A DNA stretch of 64,000 nucleotides from a virus. The DNA lies in IMG/VR virus record IMGVR_UViG_3300017971_000007; one strand, given 5' to 3'. The position numbers were made by a program, and so were the translations under genes. Under the pieces are notes generated by a model. That model was given only the letters and a program-made list of their open reading frames with translations. It had not been told where the DNA came from and searched no databases. Of the stretch, positions 26,586-37,689 are shown piece after piece (position 1 is the first letter of the stretch; the number at the start of each line of letters is the position of its first letter).

Positions 26586-26894
26586 ATGAGCATATGCGCT
26601 ACGAGTTTAGTGACGAACGGATTCATCTGCTGCCAGATAGCAGAAGACCAACTTGTCAGTTGTGACAAGCCGGAAATACCAAGCATACTGGAGGTCAGAC
26701 CTAGACTAAGATATGCAGTGAAGCAGGTAGAGCCGGAAGCTGATGAACCGATAATAGTGGCTTCTAGGGAATTAGTACCGACTATCGTAGGGAAAGAACA
26801 GCCTCCCTCTACCCCAGAGCCGGATGACGCGCCGGCAAATACTTCAGCTTTCGAGTTAAGACCGACAATAACTTCGGCCAAAGAAGAAGAATAA
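26586..26894 (+). CDS. hypothetical Pro/Glu-rich protein, 102 aa
   Basis: coupled ORF; internal repeat E(V/L)xPx(L/I). Confidence 0.6.
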   Translation: MSICATSLVTNGFICCQIAEDQLVSCDKPEIPSILEVRPRLRYAVKQVEPEADEPIIVASRELVPTIVGKEQPPSTPEPDDAPANTSAFELRPTITSAKEEE

Positions 26895-27847
26895 TGGCGA
26901 CTATAAAACTTACCATCTACGTTTCGAATATAGATAATGTTTTGACACTGTATGACACCATGCAGGTCAGACGTTCCGCCACAGCTCCTCCAGCAGCGGA
27001 CCTAGTCTTCCTGACGGATACGACGGCTGCACCGGCCGAGCTCGTCGGTACTGAGGAGGGTCCGTTTATCTTAAACGGGAAAACCATGACCCTTAAGATA
27101 AACGGTACGGAGATGTCCGTGACGTTCGTGTCCCCAGACCCTATAGCTATTCCCGATGTCATTGACGAGCTGAATACTGCGTTCGGAGGGGCCGGCCTTC
27201 CAGCTACAGCCTCAGATGATGGAACAGGGAAACTGAAAATTGAGACAGATGATAGCGGAACTCAATTTACTATCGAGATGATTAGCGGGACAGCTCTTTC
27301 AGTTCTTGGATTTAGTATCGGGGATAAGGATAACGGAGAGGCGGCTCATATACCATTGGTTGCCGGAACCACGAGCTATGAATTCGATGATGGAAGCGGA
27401 CAACCAAGTTATTATTACTCGACGAGATTTTTTAATACCGCAAACGGTACGTACAGTGCCTGGTCAGACTGGATTCAGGGCCAGACAGTATCTGCAGTCG
27501 ATTCCGTTAATCTCATTATCGGAAAAATAAAATTGTCCGACCTGGACGGAAACGCACTATCTGGGGTGAAGGTCGTCATAGCCAATGCCTGGGAAGTACA
27601 GAAAGTCAACGGCTATGGAATTTTTGGAAGGTCCATCAGTATCGAAACCGATAGTACCGGCCAAGCTGAAACGACTTTGGTTAAGGGATCCAAAGTCGAT
27701 GTTATCATTTCCGGGACTTCAATCATCAGAAGGATAGTTGTGCCTAGCACTGGTACAGAGTTTGACTTACTGGATGATAGTCTGGTTGTAGCAGACGAGT
27801 TCGAAATCCAGAGACCGGATATCCCATATGCCGTCAGAAGATCGTAA
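26894..27847 (+). CDS. structural protein, 317 aa
   Basis: TAATG overlap; contains the DELNTAFG...ALSVLGF module also seen in the 29639 and 33559 products. Confidence 0.7.
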   Translation: MATIKLTIYVSNIDNVLTLYDTMQVRRSATAPPAADLVFLTDTTAAPAELVGTEEGPFILNGKTMTLKINGTEMSVTFVSPDPIAIPDVIDELNTAFGGAGLPATASDDGTGKLKIETDDSGTQFTIEMISGTALSVLGFSIGDKDNGEAAHIPLVAGTTSYEFDDGSGQPSYYYSTRFFNTANGTYSAWSDWIQGQTVSAVDSVNLIIGKIKLSDLDGNALSGVKVVIANAWEVQKVNGYGIFGRSISIETDSTGQAETTLVKGSKVDVIISGTSIIRRIVVPSTGTEFDLLDDSLVVADEFEIQRPDIPYAVRRS

Positions 27848-28394
27848 AGAATTCCATATCGAGAAAGGTAAGCAGGCCACGGTTGACTCATTTTTCGATG
27901 AGTTAGAGAAAATATGCGGAGTAGATTTGTCAGCGAAAATTTTTCTGAGAGAAAAAATAGCTGGGGTAGGTTTGGATATACACGGATATAGAAAAGATCC
28001 GTTCAATCCTCCGAAAAAACTAGTAGATGTGTATGAAGGAGACACTAGTTCTGCCAGAATAGATTGGCAGGACAATAACAGACAAAAAACTAAATTCGAT
28101 AACGAGTCTGGTCGCGGATATAAATTACATCTGGACAACCTACTAGGAGTGAGATGGGATAAACGCGATTTTTCTAGATTCAGCCAACCCAGTAAGTTTT
28201 TAGATAAAGCTACAGATGAGGCTTATACTGACACTCCCGTAAGCAGGAATCTATCTAGAAATGAAGTGCGTGATTTGATTCAGGATTATTCAAACAGGTC
28301 TGGAAACCATCCATATGAAAAGGCCTTCGTGAATAAAGCTAAGGAACTACTCAAAAACAGAGGCGTGAAATTTATCAGATTGGAATATGAATAA
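27828..28394 (+). CDS. charged protein with SFFDELEKIC motif
   Basis: ORF inserted between two structural genes; shares the motif. Confidence 0.7.
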   Translation: MPSEDRKEFHIEKGKQATVDSFFDELEKICGVDLSAKIFLREKIAGVGLDIHGYRKDPFNPPKKLVDVYEGDTSSARIDWQDNNRQKTKFDNESGRGYKLHLDNLLGVRWDKRDFSRFSQPSKFLDKATDEAYTDTPVSRNLSRNEVRDLIQDYSNRSGNHPYEKAFVNKAKELLKNRGVKFIRLEYE

Positions 28395-29335
28395 TGGCAA
28401 GTGAGACAGTAAGGATTTTTGTGGTAGATCAGGAAACCCCGACTCCTGGAGCAATAGAGGATGTGCTCGTTAGAGTCTTCGATTCCACGGGCTCGACTTT
28501 CATTACCCAGAATACGACCACGCTCGTGGGATCAGATGCTATCGCGGACTTTACTTTAGATGGGGATGACCCTCCGATAGAGTATCAGGTACGACTGTCC
28601 AAAGTCGGTGTCGCGTTTGATGGATTATTAGGGGATGATAGCAAGACACCTCAATTGATAGAGGTGTACAGCCCTCCAGCGAATGCTCCGAGCGGAACCA
28701 ATGATTTCATTGTCAAAGGACAGACATTCGTCAGGCCGACAGCCGCAGATGATAAATTGTGTAGGGTAAGCGGATTCTTTAAAAGAGGGGACTCTTTACC
28801 TTATCCGAATCTGGATATTATATTCATTCCGCTATTCAATCCGACAATCGTTTCCGGTAACGCTGTAATGGGAGGTCAGATAGTTGCTAGGACGGACGAG
28901 GATGGGTACATCGAAGTAGATTTATACAGAGGCGGCACATATTCGGCTATTATCGAAACATTAGAAGATAATGCTATGGAATTGGTCGTCCCTGATAGTT
29001 CGTCATTCAATATCGTGGATCTAATCTTCCCGGTCGTGAAAGAAGTGATATTTAATCCGTCGTCTGTTAATCTGGCGGTGGGAGGCACCGAGGAAATAGT
29101 TCCTACGGTTACTGCATCTAATACAGTCGTACTGGAGGGAGCAGCTCCAGCCGACGTGGAATACGTTGTTGATGATGAGTCAATAGCTACGGTCCTGGTT
29201 ATGGATGACAGGCTCGTTATAACCGGCGTATCCGCTGGGACAACTCAATTGAGCGCATCTAGGAAAGATAGTTCCATTGTAGTTGTTCCGGATTCAGGAA
29301 TTGTGCAGACTCCTTTGTCTGTTGTTGTGAGTTAA
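28394..29335 (+). CDS. structural protein with C-terminal Ig-like (Big_2-type) domain
   Basis: PSSVNLAVGGTEEI...DESIATV...ITGVSAGTTQLSA. Confidence 0.7.
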   Translation: MASETVRIFVVDQETPTPGAIEDVLVRVFDSTGSTFITQNTTTLVGSDAIADFTLDGDDPPIEYQVRLSKVGVAFDGLLGDDSKTPQLIEVYSPPANAPSGTNDFIVKGQTFVRPTAADDKLCRVSGFFKRGDSLPYPNLDIIFIPLFNPTIVSGNAVMGGQIVARTDEDGYIEVDLYRGGTYSAIIETLEDNAMELVVPDSSSFNIVDLIFPVVKEVIFNPSSVNLAVGGTEEIVPTVTASNTVVLEGAAPADVEYVVDDESIATVLVMDDRLVITGVSAGTTQLSASRKDSSIVVVPDSGIVQTPLSVVVS

Positions 29336-29351
29336 TGAAAGATGACCAAGG

Positions 29352-29642
29352 ATGTTGTTGGATGACGAAAGAGGGGTGAAATTACTTCTGGCCTCAATTA
29401 TCAGAAGAGCCGCTTACGACATAGCGCTGTACAAAAACGACTCCCGCCTAAACTTCAGATTGATAGCAAAACATGCTTACGACTGGATGTTCGAGGATAT
29501 AACTCCAGATTGTAGATTGGATAGATTCACCGCTTTCTTGAATATATGTGAAGTTCTAGGAATAAGCCCGGAAAAGATAAGAAGAGATACCCTCAAGATG
29601 CAGCGCACGGACGTTTCCAGAATTGACAGGGGAAAGCTATGA
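29352..29642 (+). CDS. helical hypothetical protein, 96 aa
   Basis: ORF; ATGA overlap with the next gene. Confidence 0.65.
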   Translation: MLLDDERGVKLLLASIIRRAAYDIALYKNDSRLNFRLIAKHAYDWMFEDITPDCRLDRFTAFLNICEVLGISPEKIRRDTLKMQRTDVSRIDRGKL

Positions 29643-32539
29643 GTAATTTTACCGACCTTGAGCTAAAAGACGCGGTAAGCAAGTTCGTAAAGTCTGAAAT
29701 AAAGACCCTGCGGACTGATTTAGGACCAATTGATGTTGATTATGTATATGACGAGGTTAAAGAGTTTGCGGCTTCAACCTTCTTATATGATTCAAGCTCC
29801 ATCTTCTACCTTCTCTCTCTTTCAGCTAACCGAATCAATCGAGATGTTCTTCTAGGAATAGAATATCTTGAGGAGATGATAACGGCGATAGGGGAGCTAG
29901 GAAGGGATACTAAGAAGATAACCCAAACTAGTTTGCTAGAAGATGCTGCATCTTCTCTGTCAGATGTTGAGAGATCAATCAACGAGAAAAATGTTGTCGG
30001 AAGTTCACAATTTAACAGATACAACCGGAATGTCGACAGATTTATAAACAATTCCCTATTGCCGAATGTCAGAAGATTCAGCGGCCAATCGTTTCCCAAC
30101 CTCTATGAAATATCTAGAACTCCGCAGGAGGCGAGGACGTATTTAAAAAATACGATACCGGCGCTAAAAGAGATTCACGGCAATGTCATCGATGAGGTTG
30201 AACAGGTAAGACAGTCGCTGTCGGAGCTCATATCACTAAATCTCCCAATTATAGCCGTTAAGAACAGTGCAAGGAATGTAAGACTGGACTTGCGTTCCAT
30301 AAAGAAGGAGCTAGATGCAGAGGATGTAGATGGGGCGATTGGATTGGCTAGAGATGCTTTTCTTAGAATAAATGCCGGAAAAGCTGTAGTTAATAACTTA
30401 ATGAACTTCAATGACCCGAGAGAGGTTCTGATGAGTTCATCGAGCTCTAGCTCCGACAGGGCGGCCGCGGTATACCCATCAAATAGCTCTACTCCAGCAA
30501 AGATAATTTCCGCATATTCCGGTCCGTTTCACATAATACCTAGTGCTCAGGATGAATTCTTGCTGTCAGCGAATAGCGGGCTAGAGCAGAGTGTTACGTT
30601 GTCACCTCTCCCTCCAGCTTCTATATCCGGATATTTAGGAGAGACGTTCGATATTCATACGGCTCAGAAAGCTAATTTGTCCTGCTCAGCCGGACCATAT
30701 ACTATTCCAGCTTCTCCAAACAACGTGTTCGAAATCTATGTCGATGGGCTGGGATATAGAGTTACTCTCACATCAGGCTCTAGGACTGCCGCGCAGGTAA
30801 CTGCCGAGGTTAATCTAGCAACAAAAATAAACGGGGACCCGGGTACGTTTGACGATGTAGCAACGGCGTTAGACGATTCAGGAACACTCAAATTCGAACA
30901 CGATACATTAGGAGACGGCTCTATAGTTATAGGCGAACAGAATACGCTGAATTCAAGCTTAGGGCTCACAGACGGAAGAGACTCAAATGATGATACACAC
31001 CCAGACTACGAGCAGAGTAGGGGGGTGGACGCAAACAATGTCATCAGATTTTTAGTCGACGATATCAATTTTGTGGAGGTATCCCTTTCTCAGGATATTG
31101 CTAAGACAGCATCACAGATAGCATCGGAAATAGTAGCGGCATCTGCTTTAATTGACGCCGAGGAACTGGAAGTAGAAGCTTCACCATCTAACATCAAGGT
31201 CCTGAAGGTATCCTCCAAATCGTATGGAGATGGCTCTTTCATAGCTCTTTCTCCGAATACTCAAATCCATTTGGATTGTATGGAGACATTGGGTTTCACC
31301 GAAAATCAGGAGTCCAGGTCCAGTTACGTAAGTTCTGATGATGTTGCGCAGGACATCGATACCATGGGAGGAGTTTCCTCGTATGCCGTTGATGAGATAT
31401 TGAGTTCAGGGGACAGCGGAACTGCGGAATATACTGGATTGCTGTACAGATTATCTCTTCCGTCAGGTTCTCTATCAGGTAATGAGAATACGTACAACAA
31501 ACTCAGAATAACTGGGGGACCTAATACCGGATGGTATCCAATAACAGACGTAGAGATTCTCCCATCCAGGGAATACGTCTATGTCGGCCGCCCTTTTAAT
31601 ACATCAACTGGGGATGGGTCCCAAAATCAAGCATGGGAAATACATCAGAACTCAGTAGTAATAGAGTCTGACGACGTCTCAACATTCTCTTCGTTGGTAC
31701 CTGGATTGGGGAACGCGAACGCAGAATTAGGGATTCAGACACAGGCTGTAGGTAGTGTGTCTGGGGTCAGAATAACTGACGGAGGTTCGTATCTAAGGTT
31801 CTCTAGATATGATGTTAGAGCCGGTGATATCCTGACTCTCGTTAGTCCGGTAAGCAGTGTCCACACAATAACAGAAGTTGCTGACGATGGTTATCGATTA
31901 GAAGTAGACCCGGAGGTCCCATCTGATTTGGTATCAAATCAATACAAAATAGAGAATTCAGGTCTTACGGCCTATAACCAATTCATCGAGGACCTCAACA
32001 ATTGGGAATCGACAGAACTTGAACCTTCTAAGTTTGAGGAAAATCTGAACGAGCTTGAGAGGGTCTTAAATCCAATTTTAATCTACAGCAAACCTTCAGC
32101 AGCGTTGAGGAACGATGCTTCAAATAGCTGTTCCACTCTGAAAAGTATTTATTCCTCACTAAGCGCTATTCTTGCCTCGTATTCTGTATCGGATATAGAG
32201 AGAATTGATGCCTTATTGGATATGCTACAGGAAAGGGGGCTGGATAGAGCATACGATCTCTTGCTTCTGGGATACATCGAGGACTTCTTCAATCTGAATA
32301 AAGACAGCGCATCTTACGGAGGAAACCTCCTGGAAAAGATGAGGTCGGTGGCGGTTAATGATGTACCGACAGGAAGAGCGAGCTTTGAAGATAATATGGA
32401 TGAGAGGCTGGTTTCGACTCATGAAGACCCTGACGCGGACTTGGATTTTTCCGACCAGGACAATGAATCTATAATAAGTGAGTTAGACGACCTGGCAGAT
32501 TTAGACGAGGACCCGAGTATACTCAGGAGAGCTTATTAA
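29639..32539 (+). CDS. large baseplate-associated structural protein, 966 aa
   Basis: helical termini flanking repeated beta modules (TAAQVTAEVN, TASQIASEI). Confidence 0.6.
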   Translation: MSNFTDLELKDAVSKFVKSEIKTLRTDLGPIDVDYVYDEVKEFAASTFLYDSSSIFYLLSLSANRINRDVLLGIEYLEEMITAIGELGRDTKKITQTSLLEDAASSLSDVERSINEKNVVGSSQFNRYNRNVDRFINNSLLPNVRRFSGQSFPNLYEISRTPQEARTYLKNTIPALKEIHGNVIDEVEQVRQSLSELISLNLPIIAVKNSARNVRLDLRSIKKELDAEDVDGAIGLARDAFLRINAGKAVVNNLMNFNDPREVLMSSSSSSSDRAAAVYPSNSSTPAKIISAYSGPFHIIPSAQDEFLLSANSGLEQSVTLSPLPPASISGYLGETFDIHTAQKANLSCSAGPYTIPASPNNVFEIYVDGLGYRVTLTSGSRTAAQVTAEVNLATKINGDPGTFDDVATALDDSGTLKFEHDTLGDGSIVIGEQNTLNSSLGLTDGRDSNDDTHPDYEQSRGVDANNVIRFLVDDINFVEVSLSQDIAKTASQIASEIVAASALIDAEELEVEASPSNIKVLKVSSKSYGDGSFIALSPNTQIHLDCMETLGFTENQESRSSYVSSDDVAQDIDTMGGVSSYAVDEILSSGDSGTAEYTGLLYRLSLPSGSLSGNENTYNKLRITGGPNTGWYPITDVEILPSREYVYVGRPFNTSTGDGSQNQAWEIHQNSVVIESDDVSTFSSLVPGLGNANAELGIQTQAVGSVSGVRITDGGSYLRFSRYDVRAGDILTLVSPVSSVHTITEVADDGYRLEVDPEVPSDLVSNQYKIENSGLTAYNQFIEDLNNWESTELEPSKFEENLNELERVLNPILIYSKPSAALRNDASNSCSTLKSIYSSLSAILASYSVSDIERIDALLDMLQERGLDRAYDLLLLGYIEDFFNLNKDSASYGGNLLEKMRSVAVNDVPTGRASFEDNMDERLVSTHEDPDADLDFSDQDNESIISELDDLADLDEDPSILRRAY

Positions 32540-32908
32540 ATGCCGAAACCGCCAAATAAAAAAGCTGTAGCTCCCGAAGCGAAGAAGACGAAACTAAATA
32601 TTCAGATTCGGGAGATAATGAATGATGCATACGCTTTCGTGCTCGGGGAAAAGTTCACTGCCAGTGTTTCTTCAGTGACTTTGGAAACCCTTATGCGGGA
32701 GAGGATAGAGCAGATAAAAGGGACAGAGGGGAAGACGTCCATAAGGTTGAATATGAAAGATAGGGTAGAAAGGTTAATGGATAGAATTAGCCAGGCAGTG
32801 ACTACTGCCAAAAGTCTCCCTCCAAGTGCTTTTAGCTTGTCTGCCGAGGATAAGACCAAAGGGAACGTGAATACGTCTCTAGAAGGAGACGAGGAGATAC
32901 CTCTATAA
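32540..32908 (+). CDS. hypothetical protein, 122 aa
   Basis: coupled ORF. Confidence 0.65.
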   Translation: MPKPPNKKAVAPEAKKTKLNIQIREIMNDAYAFVLGEKFTASVSSVTLETLMRERIEQIKGTEGKTSIRLNMKDRVERLMDRISQAVTTAKSLPPSAFSLSAEDKTKGNVNTSLEGDEEIPL

Positions 32909-33558
32909 TGGACATAAAAGTAACGTATCTGCAGGATGTCATCCCCGTTTCTCAAGTAACGAATATCCAGAATGTTGTTCCGAGAACTCTGGATGTGAGG
33001 GGGCCTGATTTGAGGAACGCATCTAGGGTCGAGGTCAATGAGGTTGTGGCACCGTCTTTCATGATTCTGAACAAACACAGGATGTTGGTCCAGGTGCCAT
33101 CAAGCCAAGAAAAAGAAATCATAAAAAGTATAGCCGTTCTAAGTAATTACTTTACTAGGACGAGTTCCAGTAAAGTAAATTTTGAGTTTACTTTGAATCC
33201 GAAGAAGACGGAGGGACTAGAAAAACTTATTCAGTCTTTCATCCTCTACCTATTCAGAACACCGGGGACCGACGCCTGGTATCCGAATTCAGGCGGAGGC
33301 ATACAAAAGATAGTCGGGGCTAACTTTTCGAGATCAAATGCCAGTGGCGTGACAGCCGCCTTTACTACCTCTGTCCACAGAACTAGATCACAATTAATTG
33401 CTCTTCAATCCATTAACAACAAATTAAAAGCCAGTGAAAAACTAGCTGCCGCTAATGTCCTCTCTGCAGTGTACAGCGCGGAACTGACTGCGTTGTTGGC
33501 TAGAGTAGAAATAATATCCCAATCCGGGGAACGGGCTGCAGTAGGAATGGAGTTATAA
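32908..33558 (+). CDS. gp25/GpW-like baseplate wedge protein
   Basis: GLEKLIQSFILYLFRTPGTDAWYPNSGGGI motif; directly precedes the baseplate J-like gene. Confidence 0.65.
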   Translation: MDIKVTYLQDVIPVSQVTNIQNVVPRTLDVRGPDLRNASRVEVNEVVAPSFMILNKHRMLVQVPSSQEKEIIKSIAVLSNYFTRTSSSKVNFEFTLNPKKTEGLEKLIQSFILYLFRTPGTDAWYPNSGGGIQKIVGANFSRSNASGVTAAFTTSVHRTRSQLIALQSINNKLKASEKLAAANVLSAVYSAELTALLARVEIISQSGERAAVGMEL

Positions 33559-36500
33559 ATGCCAGGAACTACAGATTTAAAAGAATTTGTCGAGGAAAGA
33601 CTTCTAGCGTATGACCCGGACATAGACATTACTGATGATTCTCCAGCTCAAATCACTATCATCGACCCCATAGTTAGAAGATTTACTCCAGACCCGTTTG
33701 AAATGGACATAGAGTCGTTCATAAGGGCGAGGTTGGAGCAGGAATACCCCGGTTTAAACGCCGACGAGGGTGAGGCCTTGGCCGACCTTCTTATAAAGCC
33801 TGTCGAGGCGTTACTCGATCCAATAATCAGGGAAGTGCAGTTTCTGAGAAACAACAAGTCTCTATCTGACCCAGAGATATTATCTCCTCAGGAAGCTGAT
33901 TCTCTGATGGGAAATATTTTCGTGAGAAGGAACAGAGGTGGTCTGTCTGTGGGGGTGGTTAGAATATGGTTTAATTCTCCGACAGCCGTTTTCGTGACAG
34001 TAGGCAACGTCGCTTCCACGGGAGACGGTCTTAATTTCATACCTTCATCTCCCCAATCGATATCAGCGGAACAGATGATGTTCAATCAGGACGGGAATCT
34101 GTTCTATATGGACGTATCGTTTCAAGCAGAGCAGGAGGGAGACGAGTACAACGTCGAACCGCGGACAATAACCAGCATCTCTAATCTTCCTGCAGCTGTT
34201 AAGGTTCGGAACCTCTATCGCTTTAGGGACGGGACTCCAGAAGAATCTACTCTAGCTTTTATCGATAGAGGGGAAAACAGCCTCACTGAAAGGTCGCTGG
34301 TAGTCCCCCGCGGTGTGTTAGCTACCTTATTCGACCAGTTTGGAGAGCTCCAGCATATCCAAGTAGTCGGATTCAACGACCCGGAGATGATGAGGGATGT
34401 GTTGAAGGGAGGAGGACTGGGAAGCGCTATCATATACGGCGTAGATGGAGCCTCATCTGATGACGGGGACGGGGATGGATACTCCGATATATTCGAAAGT
34501 GCGGGCGGAGGGTTTATAGAGAACATCGGACCTGTCGGTTCTGTGTCCGATTTCGTTCTCATAATTGAAGACAAGGACTATCCGATTCTGGAAGTTATTA
34601 GTGACACGATGCTAAAAGTTGGGGCATCGTTTGTTCTTGGCTCAGACCCGATAGAACCTCCACCTCATCCCGATATGCCGGATAATTTATCCGGGGCTCA
34701 GTTTCTGATAAGAAAGTCCTTGATAAATCTCTCAGATATTCCTGGTGGGATATTTAAAGTAGTGACATCCAATGGAATCCTTACTGTAAGAAATGATGAG
34801 GTACACATCGGGGGATGCACCGATTTCTATATCAGAGGGACTTCTCTAGAAGAAAGTGAGCAGGTACTAGAAGCTGTCACTGATGAGCAACCTCTCATGG
34901 AAGGCCTGACTCTGGACACGAAAGTGACAGGACTTCCGGAAGATGTTGTTCGAGATCTTTCACTAGATTCTAACAATAATTTCTTAACTAATGGTGTTCA
35001 GCCTGGTCATACTCTCGTCATAGAAACAGATGCCGGTAGTGCCGGTACATATCACATAATCAAGGTCTCACCAGATGGAGCCATCAATACTCTGCAGGTA
35101 GACCCTGCTCCTCCAGCTACCGTCTCCAATCAAAAATACAAGATAGTAGACAATATAGATGTAAATCTTGTTGAACCGAAGACAGTGAGGGGAAGTGGGA
35201 CAGACCTGAAAACTGTTATGGGGAGTACCCAAGTTTCCACAGTCAGTGAAGTGGACTTCGATCAATTAGGAGTCGAGCAAGGAGATGTCCTTAGAATATC
35301 CGGGGAGTCTGTGAACGCCGGTGATTATAACGTCGAGCAAATTGTGGGGACCGGTAACATATCTCTGGTTCTGGGAACTCCATTAAGGAAAACCTCCAGC
35401 TCAGAGACTTGGCAGGTATTCAAGGCCCAGGAAGTTATGAATCTGCCTACAATCAGAATAACCAGTTTAGAGTTATTGGATAGTTCCAAACAACCGACCG
35501 GAGAGACTATCCCGTATGCTGACCCGATTGATATCCAATCGTATGCTTTCTCAAATATGGGAATCGGGGAAAAGATTCAAGTCAATGACGCGGTAATCGG
35601 GATACTGTCCGAACCCATAATCACCCCTTCTCTTCTGGACGGTAAGGCGCTGAAATTTACTATAAATAACGGGACTATCATAACCATAACATTCAGCGGA
35701 ATCACTACAGTACAGGACGCTGTAGATCAGATAAATGCGGGCTCGTCTGGATACAATATTGCTGCCGTGTACGAGACAGACGAAGGGACGAGATTGTCCA
35801 TCCGTTCTAGAAACAATTGGATTCAGATAAATCCATACGGTTCTGCTAACGAAGTCTTTGGGTTCTCGGCGACAGTTTCTGAGGATAACAGGCAGCTGAA
35901 GAGTGAATCTGTCTCAGATTGGACAGCTGAGTCTTTGGACATAGAAGCTGAATCCGATGTTGTCTATATACTGACCGGTTCAAACATAGAATTCTGGTAC
36001 ATTCATGCCGTGGAGGAAAACAGGTTACTAATTTCCAGAGTCGAAGATGGGAGGGCGGTATTCCCTCTAACCGATAGCAGGGCCAGCTCCAGAATAGGTT
36101 CCAGGTCTTTCGGAAAACTTAGATGCTATTTTCTTGAGCCTACTTCGTTCGAGGTAAGAGGCTCGTACAGAAAAGCAGCCATCAGTGACTACAGCCCGAA
36201 CACAATCTACGGGAGCATTGTAAGAGATGAGCCCGCAAGAACAGAATTTTCATTGGATGTATTCGGAGATGAATCAGCGTTTTATAAATTCTTTCCAGAC
36301 CCGACTCTGCAGCATCAGGTCCTGCCGGCTACAGAGGAGCAGGTTCCAGACAATCTACTAATAAACCAGATTGGGGATAAATTTGTTGAGAGTGAAAACG
36401 CTCCAGCTTCCGGGATAGGAAAGGATTCAAGAAGCGACGAAATAGATTTCCTCCTAAGAGAGATTCTCCCAGGGGATATCCTAGAGATAACATATCAGCC

Positions 36501-37689
36501 CATTCAGGGAACGGCTGATATAAGGGCCACTCCGACGGGTACAATTGACTACGACCCAGATACAGGAAATATCGTTACGAAAACTCTTGTTATTTCTATG
36601 GAGAACGGACCAGATAAGACTGTTACATTCTCTGCAGAAGTAGATGGGCCAGATAGATTAGCCGCGGAAATAAATAACCAACTTGGAGAGACCATAGCTT
36701 ATGTAGAAACGGAGTCAGTTAGCGGAGAGAAGTATCTCAGATTAGAGGCGGACTTCTTTTTCAACGTCAGGTCCGCTGGGACAGCAAATTCGGTATTAGG
36801 CCTTTCGTATTTAAACAACTACGCTCAGGCCAGAGGAAAATATGTCATATCTGATGCCGGGTATGTATCAGGATCAACATCCAATCACATGAGACTGAGT
36901 ATCAGCCATCCAATCGATTCAAGTCCTGGCGCATGGACAGGATTCGATTCCACTCAGATTGGACCGTCCCAACATTTTAAAATCTACAGGCCTGGTGTCC
37001 AGAGAGTTAGTTCTACAGAAATGCAGGATAATGTGGACGGGACTCTTTATTACGCGGATATAGAGGTTGTGTCCGAAGGCCCTGGAGATGAATTCAATAT
37101 CGATGCCGACCTTCAACTTGATGTAGATGATCATAAATCTGACGGATATACGCTGTATAATACCGACGAGAACATGGCATTTTCAGAATTTGAAGACATT
37201 AGGATGATTCTTAGCAGAAGATTCCTAACTCCCGGTTCGACGGATTCGCCAGAAAATATGACCCTGATTTCCCAACAAAACATCCAGATCAATTACGAGC
37301 GTTCATCTTTAGTAGAGCAGATACAGAGTTTCGCGAACTCAGATTTGGACAGAGTTCTGAATGCGAGTATCCTTGTCAGACATCTTGTTCCTCATTTCAT
37401 ACAATTTGAGCTGAATTATTCTGGCGGGTCCCAATCATCAGTAGTCGAATCAGACATCACGGACTTAATAGATGGGCTGCTTCCGGATGAGATTCTGGAA
37501 TCCTCCGCCATCGCAGAATTAGTCAGAAAAAGGGGAGCATCGAGGGTAGAAATGCCTATAGATATGATTGGGGTGGTTCATCAAATTGATAGGAAGATAC
37601 GGGCGATGAGATCTCAGGATTTTATAAGCAGAGGCAGACTTTCTACATTCATCTCTGACAATATCCAGATAACTAGGGAATCGATTTAG
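33559..37689 (+). CDS. baseplate J-like (gp6-type) protein with large internal insertions, 1376 aa
   Basis: N-terminal J-like motifs (AEQEGDEYNVEPRTIT, GTPEESTLAFIDR); a second copy near the C-terminus (SEGPGDEFNID). Confidence 0.75.
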   Translation: MPGTTDLKEFVEERLLAYDPDIDITDDSPAQITIIDPIVRRFTPDPFEMDIESFIRARLEQEYPGLNADEGEALADLLIKPVEALLDPIIREVQFLRNNKSLSDPEILSPQEADSLMGNIFVRRNRGGLSVGVVRIWFNSPTAVFVTVGNVASTGDGLNFIPSSPQSISAEQMMFNQDGNLFYMDVSFQAEQEGDEYNVEPRTITSISNLPAAVKVRNLYRFRDGTPEESTLAFIDRGENSLTERSLVVPRGVLATLFDQFGELQHIQVVGFNDPEMMRDVLKGGGLGSAIIYGVDGASSDDGDGDGYSDIFESAGGGFIENIGPVGSVSDFVLIIEDKDYPILEVISDTMLKVGASFVLGSDPIEPPPHPDMPDNLSGAQFLIRKSLINLSDIPGGIFKVVTSNGILTVRNDEVHIGGCTDFYIRGTSLEESEQVLEAVTDEQPLMEGLTLDTKVTGLPEDVVRDLSLDSNNNFLTNGVQPGHTLVIETDAGSAGTYHIIKVSPDGAINTLQVDPAPPATVSNQKYKIVDNIDVNLVEPKTVRGSGTDLKTVMGSTQVSTVSEVDFDQLGVEQGDVLRISGESVNAGDYNVEQIVGTGNISLVLGTPLRKTSSSETWQVFKAQEVMNLPTIRITSLELLDSSKQPTGETIPYADPIDIQSYAFSNMGIGEKIQVNDAVIGILSEPIITPSLLDGKALKFTINNGTIITITFSGITTVQDAVDQINAGSSGYNIAAVYETDEGTRLSIRSRNNWIQINPYGSANEVFGFSATVSEDNRQLKSESVSDWTAESLDIEAESDVVYILTGSNIEFWYIHAVEENRLLISRVEDGRAVFPLTDSRASSRIGSRSFGKLRCYFLEPTSFEVRGSYRKAAISDYSPNTIYGSIVRDEPARTEFSLDVFGDESAFYKFFPDPTLQHQVLPATEEQVPDNLLINQIGDKFVESENAPASGIGKDSRSDEIDFLLREILPGDILEITYQPIQGTADIRATPTGTIDYDPDTGNIVTKTLVISMENGPDKTVTFSAEVDGPDRLAAEINNQLGETIAYVETESVSGEKYLRLEADFFFNVRSAGTANSVLGLSYLNNYAQARGKYVISDAGYVSGSTSNHMRLSISHPIDSSPGAWTGFDSTQIGPSQHFKIYRPGVQRVSSTEMQDNVDGTLYYADIEVVSEGPGDEFNIDADLQLDVDDHKSDGYTLYNTDENMAFSEFEDIRMILSRRFLTPGSTDSPENMTLISQQNIQINYERSSLVEQIQSFANSDLDRVLNASILVRHLVPHFIQFELNYSGGSQSSVVESDITDLIDGLLPDEILESSAIAELVRKRGASRVEMPIDMIGVVHQIDRKIRAMRSQDFISRGRLSTFISDNIQITRESI

